In this document: one piece after another, positions 30,040-38,390 of the stretch
Layout: the number at the start of each line of letters is the position of its first letter
How positions within the stretch are numbered: the stretch's first letter is position 1
NCBI GenBank assembly: GCA_050331735.1
Contig: JBHJGN010000077.1
Span: 1-64,000, forward strand
Direction: 5' to 3'
Length of the DNA: 64,000 nt
Source: Cyanophyceae cyanobacterium
Lineage (GTDB): Bacteria; Cyanobacteriota; Cyanobacteriia; Cyanobacteriales; JBHJGN01
Position numbers and translations under genes: made by a program
The notes under the pieces: generated by a model
The model's database searches: none
Told to the model about the DNA's origin: nothing
What the model saw: the letters and a program-made list of their open reading frames with translations, nothing else

Positions 30040-31419
30040 CTAGCTCTCAAAAACCGATGTGATGGACAGATGTTGTCCCTTGGTAAAATACTGCCGATAC
30101 AGTTCGCACCCGGCGATCGCGCGATTGCCGCAAAGTTTAATTAACCCCATACTGCATAGCTTGTGGGTTTGAATCGGATCTAAGGAAACAGGTTCAGCGG
30201 CATTTAGAACCTGATGAAGAGCCTGCATCAACTCAGGCTGTTGTTCTAGGGTGGCCCAATGACGCTGCAGGTGATGAGCATATATTCCTGTCGCCGTGAA
30301 CGCCGTTTTTAGCAGTTGCGATAGCGTTATTTCTCCCCGATTCAGATGATAGAGTGCCAGATTCACCAGTGCAGGATGACCCCCGACTAGAGACATCAGT
30401 TGCTGGGCTTCTTTGTCATCCGTCCAGTCCAGTCCGTAACGTTGGGCTAGGAGCTGTACTTCCTCTGGAGTAAAATCCTCTAACTGAATGGGTAGCCCGA
30501 CATTGAATGGGGATTGGTTACAGTCGAGAGGAACGTAAATTTCTGTTGAGTGAACCACAATCAGACGCAGCTTTCGCCAAATCGGTAATCTTTTTGTTTC
30601 TTCGTACCACGACCGCAACAGCGGTAAAAAATCCTGCGCCACCTGCGGATGCTCGAAAATCTGGTTCACTTCATCTAGCGCCAAGACGAGGGGAGCGTCG
30701 ATTGACTCTAATAAATAGTCTCGAAAGTAAAGGGTGCAGCTCAGATTACTGCCCAAATCTTTGTCCCAATACTCGTCTAGCATCGGTTTAAGCTCAAGCT
30801 GGCGAGAGATACTCGTACACAGCCAGCGCAAAAATTGATTCAAATTACCCAAAATTGATTGCTCGACTTGCTCTAGGTTCAGGCTGACGGTATGGTATCC
30901 CAGGTGAGAGGCGTAGTTAAGGCTCCTCAGCAGCAGTGAGGTTTTCCCCATTTCTCTCGGAGCCTTAATCCGAATTAACGCTCCTGATTTTCTCACTTCT
31001 CGCTCGACTTGTTCCTTAACAGAAGAGCGTTCGAGGTAAAAGGGAGAGTCAAGCGGAACTGAGCCGCTGGGGTAGCAAGGTGACGGATCCTGGTTGACAT
31101 GGGGGAACGCTTCCGCCAGAGGTGACCTTAAAGGTCTTGTTTGAGGGTCGGGTCTGGTGGTGACGTAAGACTCCAGTAATCCCCGACAGTTCTTTTTGGT
31201 CACGCGCTGACCGACGACCTTAGAAAGTCGCTGATACAGCTCTGGGGCAGCAACGTTGGTAAAGTAGCCAGGACTATAGCCTGCCTCGATTGCAATCTGG
31301 TTGTAGGTTTTATACTGCCAAATACCCTGTAGGATCAGCATTTCTGCGGGATTGAGGGGTCGATTTTGGCTCTCAATGAGCTGGCGGTCAACAATTTTAC
31401 AGAGATTATCTAAATTCAT
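30040..31419 (-). CDS. N-terminal HTH (vWA-MoxR-associated type) + AAA_35 STAND ATPase
   Basis: LILQGIWQYKTYNQIAIEAGYS...LSKVVGQRVTKKN (HTH); GSVPLDSPFYLER, APREMGKTSL, LALDEV, SPFNVG and GGHP (AAA_35). Confidence 0.85.
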   Translation of the reverse strand: MNLDNLCKIVDRQLIESQNRPLNPAEMLILQGIWQYKTYNQIAIEAGYSPGYFTNVAAPELYQRLSKVVGQRVTKKNCRGLLESYVTTRPDPQTRPLRSPLAEAFPHVNQDPSPCYPSGSVPLDSPFYLERSSVKEQVEREVRKSGALIRIKAPREMGKTSLLLRSLNYASHLGYHTVSLNLEQVEQSILGNLNQFLRWLCTSISRQLELKPMLDEYWDKDLGSNLSCTLYFRDYLLESIDAPLVLALDEVNQIFEHPQVAQDFLPLLRSWYEETKRLPIWRKLRLIVVHSTEIYVPLDCNQSPFNVGLPIQLEDFTPEEVQLLAQRYGLDWTDDKEAQQLMSLVGGHPALVNLALYHLNRGEITLSQLLKTAFTATGIYAHHLQRHWATLEQQPELMQALHQVLNAAEPVSLDPIQTHKLCSMGLIKLCGNRAIAGCELYRQYFTKGQHLSITSVFES

Positions 31420-31528
31420 AAGCCAATCTCCATCGAGTTTTACAGAGCGTTTCAGACTATGTAATTGAGCTGGCAGCTCCGGCGGAACGTTGAGCGTCGA
31501 GAAGAGGGCAAACTAACTGCTAATTAGC

Positions 31529-31682
31529 TAATACCATTTACCGAAAGTAGTCAGATAGTTCCCAAACTAACCAACAATTGGAGGTTCAAGGGGAAAGAGC
31601 TGCTGTGCTTCCCTTTCCCCTTGACCCCTTCCCCTTTCCCCCAACTCATCAAGTCTCCTATTACTTTTTCTAATTGGTATAA
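31529..31682. mobile_element. MITE-like element, copy 1
   Basis: Ends TAATACCATTTACCGAAAG ... CTTTTTCTAATTGGTATAA; homologous along its length to the copies at 49053 and 49259. Confidence 0.75.
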
Positions 31683-31805
31683 GATGCCCGCTCATTTTTG
31701 TTCCATTGCGTCCTCCTTATTGTCTACTGATTTGAGTTTTACTTCTGTCTTCTGGTTTATCTTTATTGATTAATCATTGACACAGTTTTTGCTAGAGGTG
31801 TGCTC

Positions 31806-32065
31806 ATGTGGTCTCTTAAAGCTTCGCGCCAGGGATTAACCCAAATCAAACGAGCGATCGCCTTCACGCCAAATGGGCAAGTGCTAGCCAGCAGCAGCAC
31901 CGATGGAACGATCCGACCCTGGGATATGAAAATCGGACAAACTGTGAAGCGGCTGCGCCCGCCAAGACCCTATGAGGGGATAAATATTGCTGACGTTGGG
32001 GGTTAACGGCAGCCCAGGAAAACGCCCTGATTGCCCTAGGAGCAACTCGATCTAGGGGCAATTAA
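31806..32065 (+). pseudogene. Collapsed NB-ARC/NACHT-WD40 gene (N-terminus joined to last WD40 repeat)
   Basis: MWSLKASRQGLTQIKR is joined at GCGATCGC to FTPNGQVLASSSTDGTIRPWD...RPPRPYEGINI; a G-run frameshift near 32000 precedes LTAAQENALIALGA. Confidence 0.78.
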
Positions 32066-32222
32066 GGGATGGGGAAATGTCCGGTGCGGAACGGGGAAAG
32101 GGAAAAATATTGCTGTGCGACGGCAAAGAAATACAGGGTCAAGGAGCAAACTGATTGATGTCTCCCTTTCCCCCTTACCCTTACCCTTTTCCCTTTTCCC
32201 GCAGCTTCGCTGCTTCCCGGTC
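32066..32222. repeat. Composite dispersed repeat, copy 2 (overlaps hydrolase 3' end)
   Basis: TGTCCGGTGCGGAACGGGGAAAGGG, pyrimidine heptamers and GCAGCTTCGCTGC (32201-32213). Confidence 0.75.
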
Positions 32223-33452
32223 CAACTTCAATAAAGTCAGCAGTAGAACGTTAGCCCCCTGGGTACACTGTTCGGGGGAGGTATATTCGCTTTTGTCGTG
32301 GGAAACTCCTTGCTCGCTGGGAACAAAGATCATGCCCATGTCGGTAATCAGAGCCATTTCTTGAGCATCGTGACTGGCGCGACTGGGTAGATGGGTATAG
32401 CTCAAATTTAGCTCTTGGCAGCTCTGGGCGATCGCCTCTTGCAAGCTGGGTTCGGCTAGGGCGGGTTCGTTGTGCAGACAGGGATGGAGGCGAATTTGGG
32501 TATGGGTGGCGACGGCAATTTCTTCGAGGTGAACGCGCAACTGATCCAGCAGGCGATCGATATGCAGACTAGATAGGTCGCGGATGTCTAAGCTCATTTC
32601 TACCCAACCGGGAACGACATTTGCCGCATTAGGCCGAACATTCATTTGACCGACTGTGGCGACCTGCTGCCCCGGAGTATGGGCAATTTGGTTGACGGCT
32701 AAAACAACCTGCGCCGCAGCCACTAAAGCATCGCAGCGCATCTGCATTGGGGTTGTCCCAGCGTGGTTTGCCCGACCTCGAACGGTAATCGTAAAGCGTC
32801 GTTGTCCGACAATCCCTTCCACAACGCCAATTTGTTTGCCCATCGTTTCCAGGACTGGTCCCTGCTCAACATGCAGTTCGACGAAAGCGGCGATCTCTTG
32901 AGCACTCCGGCGAGCGTGAGGAATCTGGTTCCAGCGACCGCCAACTCTTTCTAAACAGGTATAAATATCAGTGCCGTCGGGACGGCGGTAGTAGCCCGGA
33001 TCGTTAACCACTCTGCCAGAAATGGCTTTAGAACCAATCATGCTGCCTTCTTCGTCGGTAAAGACGATCACTTCTACAGACCGATTGAGCACAATTTGCT
33101 GTTCTTGAAGTACGCGCACCACTTCTAGTCCGGCCAAGACTCCGTAGGCTCCATCGTAGTGACCGCCGCAGGGAACGGTGTCGATGTGAGACCCGGTTGC
33201 CCAAGCGGGGGCATCGGGAGATTTTCCAGGATATCTACCAATAATATTGCCTGCTGCATCAATGCGGACCTGCATGTGGGCTTCGTGCATCCAGTGCTGA
33301 ATCAAACGGCGGGCTTCAACATCTTCGCTGCTGTAGGCAATCCGCTTCACGCCGCCATCGGGCAGTTGACCAATTTGAGCCAGACGAGCAATGCTGTGAT
33401 TGAGGCGATCGCCATTCACTAATACCTGTTCTTTGTTTGGGCTAATAGTCAT
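32181..33452 (-). CDS. M20 Zn-dependent hydrolase (allantoate amidohydrolase / N-carbamoylase family)
   Basis: GSHIDTV, DGAYGV, DEEG, ELHVEQGP, HAGTTPM and HDAQ motifs. Confidence 0.88.
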   Translation of the reverse strand: MTISPNKEQVLVNGDRLNHSIARLAQIGQLPDGGVKRIAYSSEDVEARRLIQHWMHEAHMQVRIDAAGNIIGRYPGKSPDAPAWATGSHIDTVPCGGHYDGAYGVLAGLEVVRVLQEQQIVLNRSVEVIVFTDEEGSMIGSKAISGRVVNDPGYYRRPDGTDIYTCLERVGGRWNQIPHARRSAQEIAAFVELHVEQGPVLETMGKQIGVVEGIVGQRRFTITVRGRANHAGTTPMQMRCDALVAAAQVVLAVNQIAHTPGQQVATVGQMNVRPNAANVVPGWVEMSLDIRDLSSLHIDRLLDQLRVHLEEIAVATHTQIRLHPCLHNEPALAEPSLQEAIAQSCQELNLSYTHLPSRASHDAQEMALITDMGMIFVPSEQGVSHDKSEYTSPEQCTQGANVLLLTLLKLDREAAKLREKGKG

Positions 33453-33549
33453 CGTTCCCTGCCAATGCGACTAAAGAATGCTTTCTGCTGCATTGAAGCT
33501 CTCATTTAGAAAAATAAATATTATATGGACTAACAAGCAAGCAGAATCC

Positions 33550-33564
33550 TGTATACAGTGTACA
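33550..33564. promoter_or_regulatory. Putative GntR operator upstream of the hydrolase gene
   Basis: TGTATACAGTGTACA matches the TGYATAC-N-GTATRCA consensus. Confidence 0.6.
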
Positions 33565-33667
33565 AGCAAATTAAGTTCCTGTCCGCCAACTGAGATACCA
33601 AATGCTCTGTCGTACAGCGACGAAGCCCGGGAGCATCGCTCGTCGATTTGCTGTTTTTTCGATAAAC

Positions 33668-33726
33668 TGTGCGATTTGATACACTGAGTGATTTAAAAAT
33701 CTGTAATTCTCTGTATACAGAATGCA
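33668..33726 (+). promoter_or_regulatory. NtcA-like box plus GntR operator upstream of the permease
   Basis: TGTG-CGATTTGA-TACA (33668-33683) and TGTATACAGAATGCA (33712-33726); the -10 (TAATTC) is imperfect. Confidence 0.55.
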
Positions 33727-33911
33727 GTAGCAGGCAAGTGATGGTAGGTTGGTCAGTCTTACATGAACTGAGTATTCGGACATACCGCGATGGCATGAGT
33801 AAATAGCCCTGAAGGGTTCCAGTCCCGTTAGCCGTAAGCTGTTTCAGTGTTACCCACACCCTCCTCGTCTCTTTCCTATTGGCTCCATCAATTACAACAC
33901 CGCTCAAAATT

Positions 33912-35306
33912 ATGGTACAGCCCAATCGAGAATTAGCCTTAGAAGAAGTTCAGTCTGAAGCCTCCTCTACCATCGAATCGGATCTAATTTACGGGTTAGA
34001 ATCCCGCCCGCCATTTGTCGAATCGGTGTTCGTTGCCCTACAGCACGTTTTTGCCTGTTTTGTCGGCATTATTACACCGGGTTTAATTATTTGCTCGGCG
34101 CTACAGGTACCGCCAGCCGATACAACCTTTATTCTCAGTATGTCCTTGGTTGTTTCCGGAATTGCGACCTTTATCCAGGCCAAAAGAATTGGACCAGTTG
34201 GTTCGGGACTGTTAAGTGTGCAAGGAACGAGCTTTGCTTTCCTCGGACCGATTATTGCCACCGGATCAGCCGTGACGGGGGCGGGGGGAACTCCTCAAGA
34301 AGCACTGGGGCTAATTTTTGGCCTCTGCTTTTTTGGGGCTTTTGTTGAAATTTTTATCAGTCGCTTTCTGCATCTGGCTAACAAAGTCATTACCCCATTA
34401 GTAACGGGAGTCGTTGTCACCCTGATTGGCTTGACCTTAATTCGGGTCGGAATTACCAGCATTGGCGGTGGCGTACCGGCCCAAAATAACGAAACTTTTG
34501 GTAGCCCAACCTATTTAGGGGTAGCGTTTTTAGTGTTAGCGGTCATTGTTGTGCTCAATAGCCTCAACAACAGCTTTTTGCGGATGTCGTCGATTGTGAT
34601 TGGTTTAGCAGTAGGCTATTTGGTTTCTATTCCCCTGGGACTGGTAGACTTTAGCAACCTGGCAAATTTACCAATAGTGGCCTTTCCGATTCCCTTCCGC
34701 TATGGCTTTGGATTTGACTGGGGAGCGTTTATTCCCTTTGCTTTTCTGTATTTGATTACGGCCATTGAATCTATCGGCGACCTAACGGCAACGTCGGCCA
34801 TTTCTGGCGAACCGATTGAAGGGGGCACCTATTTCCGCAGACTCAAAGGAGGGGTATTGGGCGATGGCGTGAACTCAATGATTGCGGCTTGTTTGAATAC
34901 GTTTCCTAACACAACCTTTAGCCAAAATAACGGCGTGATTCAGCTAACTGGAGTAGGCAGTCGCTACGTCGGCTACTTTATTTCTGCGATTTTTATCATT
35001 CTCGGTTTGTTTCCGCTGGTGGCAGGAGTTTTTCAGGCATTACCTCAGCCGGTGTTAGGCGGTGCTACTATCGTTATGTTTGGAACAGTCGCCGTGGCGG
35101 GAATTAAGATTCTCTCCTGCGTTAATCTAACCAAGCGTAATTCCATCATTCTCGCCCTGGCGTTGGGCTTGGGCTTAGGCGTAACCTTCGTGCCGGAAAT
35201 TCTTGATACTTCGCCCCCGCTGGTGAAGAATATTTTTTCTTCTGGGATTTCCACAGGAGGAATTACTGCTTTGTTGCTGAACCTGGTTTTACCCGGTCGA
35301 GAGTAA
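33912..35306 (+). CDS. NCS2/NAT xanthine/uric acid permease
   Basis: ALQH motif, ESIGD and NAT signature TFSQNNGVIQLTG; start taken at MVQPN. Confidence 0.92.
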   Translation: MVQPNRELALEEVQSEASSTIESDLIYGLESRPPFVESVFVALQHVFACFVGIITPGLIICSALQVPPADTTFILSMSLVVSGIATFIQAKRIGPVGSGLLSVQGTSFAFLGPIIATGSAVTGAGGTPQEALGLIFGLCFFGAFVEIFISRFLHLANKVITPLVTGVVVTLIGLTLIRVGITSIGGGVPAQNNETFGSPTYLGVAFLVLAVIVVLNSLNNSFLRMSSIVIGLAVGYLVSIPLGLVDFSNLANLPIVAFPIPFRYGFGFDWGAFIPFAFLYLITAIESIGDLTATSAISGEPIEGGTYFRRLKGGVLGDGVNSMIAACLNTFPNTTFSQNNGVIQLTGVGSRYVGYFISAIFIILGLFPLVAGVFQALPQPVLGGATIVMFGTVAVAGIKILSCVNLTKRNSIILALALGLGLGVTFVPEILDTSPPLVKNIFSSGISTGGITALLLNLVLPGRE

Positions 35307-35526
35307 TGGGGAGTAGTTGATGGTTGATTGTTCCTCAATCATCACGCTTGTATTCCTGACTTTACTGGTTTGAAGAGCGTGTCTGGTGGAAAAATTGCTT
35401 GGACGCAAATTAGATTACAGACACAGAAGATTTAACAGTAGATGATTAAAGCAATCAGTCACCTGATGAAGCAAAGAATATGTACTATCCACCTACTGCT
35501 GTTACTTATACCTAATTTATAAAGCA

Positions 35527-36690
35527 ATGTACGAACTTAAAGCAGTAATCATCGGCGCGGGCATGGCAGGATTAGCCGCAGGAATTGCGCTGCGTCAATC
35601 GGGCTACAGCGTCGAAGTTTACGAAAAAACCAGGAAGCTGCGCCCTGCGGGGGCGGGGATTTCTTTGTGGTCGAACGGCATCAAAGTACTCAACAAACTC
35701 GGACTGGGCAAGGAAGTTGCGGCCATCGGCGGACAGATGAACCGCATGGCCTACCGCACCCATACCGGTGAATTGCTCAACGATGTCAACCTTCTTCCTC
35801 TCGTTGAACAAGTGGGTCAAAGACCCTATCCCGTCTCGCGAACTGACTTACAGCACATCATGCTCTCGGCCTTTGGCGAAGGAGACGTGCGCTTAGGAAT
35901 GCGCTGCGTTGAGGTCAAGCAGGACCAAGACAGCGCCACAGCAATTTTTGAAGACGGCAGTACAGCAACCGGAGATGTTATCATCGGCGCAGACGGCATT
36001 CACTCGGTTGTCCGAACCTATCTGGCGGGTCAGAAAATTGAGCCGCGCTACGCGGATTACGTCAACTGGAACGGCTTGGTAGAAGCCAGTCCCGATTTAG
36101 TCGATAAAGACGCTTGGATAATCTACGTTGGCGAGGGCAAACGCGCTTCGATGATGCCAGTGGGGAATAACCGCTTTTATTTCTTCTTTGGCTGTCCTAA
36201 ACCCAAGGGAACAGAAATTCCCCCCGGTGGCATTCGTGCGGAGTTGGAAGCCACCTTTAAAGGCTGGGCGCAACCCGTCCAAAACCTGATTCAGCAACTC
36301 GACCCCGAAGACACGAATCGCTTAGAAATTAGCGACCTCGATCCGCTTCCTCATATCGTCAAAGGCAGAATTGCCCTCGTCGGAGACTCCGCCCATGCTA
36401 CGACCCCGACCCTGGGACAGGGAGGCTGTCAGGCGATGGAAGATGCCGAAGTCCTCTGTCGCTACTTAGTAACAACCAACATCAGCGTTGAAGATGCCCT
36501 AAAGCGCTATGAAGCCGAACGCAAGGAACGAGTCTACAACCTGACTCTAAAAGCTCGCAAGCGCACCGATACGATTTACAACAAAGACCCAGAAGCCACT
36601 CAGCAGTGGTACGAGCAACTCAAGCACGAACAGGCTCAAGATGTCACTGATGCGCTTGCTAAAGTGATTTTAGCAGGGCCGTTTCATTGA
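35527..36690 (+). CDS. hpxO: FAD-dependent urate hydroxylase
   Basis: GAGMAG, GAGISLWSNG, RPYPVSR, YVNWNG, YVGEGKRASMMP and GDSAH..TPTLGQGG; purine-catabolism context. Confidence 0.88.
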   Translation: MYELKAVIIGAGMAGLAAGIALRQSGYSVEVYEKTRKLRPAGAGISLWSNGIKVLNKLGLGKEVAAIGGQMNRMAYRTHTGELLNDVNLLPLVEQVGQRPYPVSRTDLQHIMLSAFGEGDVRLGMRCVEVKQDQDSATAIFEDGSTATGDVIIGADGIHSVVRTYLAGQKIEPRYADYVNWNGLVEASPDLVDKDAWIIYVGEGKRASMMPVGNNRFYFFFGCPKPKGTEIPPGGIRAELEATFKGWAQPVQNLIQQLDPEDTNRLEISDLDPLPHIVKGRIALVGDSAHATTPTLGQGGCQAMEDAEVLCRYLVTTNISVEDALKRYEAERKERVYNLTLKARKRTDTIYNKDPEATQQWYEQLKHEQAQDVTDALAKVILAGPFH

Positions 36691-36693
36691 AGT

Positions 36694-36852
36694 CGCTCCG
36701 CGACGGGGAAAGGGAAAAGCAGCGAAGCTGCTGGGGAAAAGGGCAAAGGGGAAGGGGAAAAGGGGAGATGAATTAGCTGGTTCCTAAACCCGATGTTCTT
36801 TCCCCGTCGCGAACGCGACAGTTTTCCCTTTCCCCGTTCCGCACCGGACATT
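36694..36852. repeat. Composite dispersed repeat, copy 3
   Basis: GCAGCGAAGCTGC (36719-36731), GTCGCGAACGCGAC (36806-36819) and GGGGAAA heptamers. Confidence 0.78.
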
Positions 36853-36857
36853 AATTG

Positions 36858-37367
36858 ATGCAGCACTATACCCTCTCACAGTTAAACAGCATGACCCAAG
36901 AAGCGTTTACGGCTGCTTTAGGGGAAATTTGGGAAGAGACTCCAGAAATCGCTTGTAGAGCCTGGAATGAAATACCGTTTTCGGATGTAGATGCTTTACA
37001 TCAAAGTATGGTGCGAATAGTCGAGGAAATGAGCGACTCTGAACAGCTAGCCCTGATTAAAGCCCATCCAGATTTAGGCAGTAAAGCCAAGATGGCAGAT
37101 GCTTCAGTTCGAGAACAAGCAGGAGCCGGTTTAGACCGCTTAGATGCTCAAGAGTATGAACGGTTTCAAGAACTGAATCAGGCTTATAAAAATAAGTTTG
37201 GGATGCCCTTTATTATTGCCGTGAAGGAGCATACCAAGGCAAGTATTTTGGCCGCTTTTGAAGCTCGATTACGAAATGCGATCGCCCCAGAAAAACAGCA
37301 AGCTTTACAAGAAATTAGTAAGATCGCCCGCTTCCGTTTAGAAGCAGCCATTCACTCACCCCGCTGA
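36858..37367 (+). CDS. uraD: OHCU decarboxylase
   Basis: AHPDLG, S..EQAGAGL, YKNKFGMPFIIAV and EISKIARFRL. Confidence 0.93.
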   Translation: MQHYTLSQLNSMTQEAFTAALGEIWEETPEIACRAWNEIPFSDVDALHQSMVRIVEEMSDSEQLALIKAHPDLGSKAKMADASVREQAGAGLDRLDAQEYERFQELNQAYKNKFGMPFIIAVKEHTKASILAAFEARLRNAIAPEKQQALQEISKIARFRLEAAIHSPR

Positions 37368-37409
37368 AGGATAACAGCATTAGTGAACGCCGAGTCAGGC
37401 TAGCGTTGT

Positions 37410-38123
37410 CTAGGTAAATAGCATCCCCGCTCTAAGACAGACGTAAACACAGACTCCTGCCAAAAACCAGCCAAAACTCGAAGACTTTGGCGAAGGCAAC
37501 TCCTCATAAAAAACATTGAACATAATAGAGCCTGCCAAAATGGCAATCAGAAAATCAGAAACGACTTCATTGGCCGGTTCAGTAAAAACATCAATGAAAA
37601 AAGCCATAAAAATGACGCTGACCAAACAATAGCGTCCCCAAGAACTAAATAAGGAGCGATGCTTTTTGGTCAGACCATAATCATTGTGGAGAATATGGAA
37701 ACTAATAGAAATTAGATACAGTAAAGTAAAGGGGAAAAGCTGCTTAAATTGCTCAGGAATAGCGTAGATCAGCAAACCATTATATAAACTATAAAAGCCA
37801 AGCTCAATCGCAAAAATTAAGCGAGACTGAGATAGTCTCTGGCCATTGTTCTGCCAAACGAGACTCTGCATCCCGTAGAAAATGAGAAAGCCCAGTAAAA
37901 CAACCAGGTAAATAGAGGTTCCGAGAAGGTGTTCCCCCTGGTCTAATTCTGGGAGCAAGTGGATAAAGACGTAGGTAATCGCCATGCCACCACTAAAAGA
38001 AGCGGCCATTTCTTCTTCGCGGAAGAGAAGACGGTGAAGAGGCTGGGCCCAAATATGAATCGCCGATAGCGCGACCGCCACCAGTAAGGTGAGTCCAATG
38101 ACTTCTGGGTTGGCAGTGAACAT
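37410..38123 (-). CDS. Hypothetical membrane protein (distantly ZIP-transporter-like)
   Basis: Multiple TM helices; SFSGG.AITYVFIHLLPE and AG...FNVFYEELP. Confidence 0.65.
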   Translation of the reverse strand: MFTANPEVIGLTLLVAVALSAIHIWAQPLHRLLFREEEMAASFSGGMAITYVFIHLLPELDQGEHLLGTSIYLVVLLGFLIFYGMQSLVWQNNGQRLSQSRLIFAIELGFYSLYNGLLIYAIPEQFKQLFPFTLLYLISISFHILHNDYGLTKKHRSLFSSWGRYCLVSVIFMAFFIDVFTEPANEVVSDFLIAILAGSIMFNVFYEELPSPKSSSFGWFLAGVCVYVCLRAGMLFT

Positions 38124-38135
38124 GGCAGAAAGTCC

Positions 38136-38390
38136 CTGCGGGACGGGAAAACTGTCGCTTTGCGACGGGGAAAGGGGAAATTGTCCCTGACGGGACGGGG
38201 AAGGGGTAAGGGGAAAACTGTTCCTCCGGAACGGGGAAAGGGGTAAGGGGAAAGGGGCAAGGAAAATTTGTCCAGTGCGGGACGAGGGAAAAACGCAGGG
38301 TCTCAGGAACTAGCTATCAGTCCTTCCTTTTCCCCTTCCCCTTTACCCTTTACCCCAGCAGCTTCGCTGCTTTGCCCGCGCCGTCGGTGC
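38136..38390. repeat. Composite dispersed repeat, copy 4
   Basis: GGGGAAA/GGGGTAA heptamer runs and GCAGCTTCGCTGC (38358-38370). Confidence 0.75.

Noticed and set aside
33530..33925. 131-aa minus-strand ORF in the hydrolase/permease intergenic region
   Set aside because: It overlaps operators and promoters and has no protein-like features
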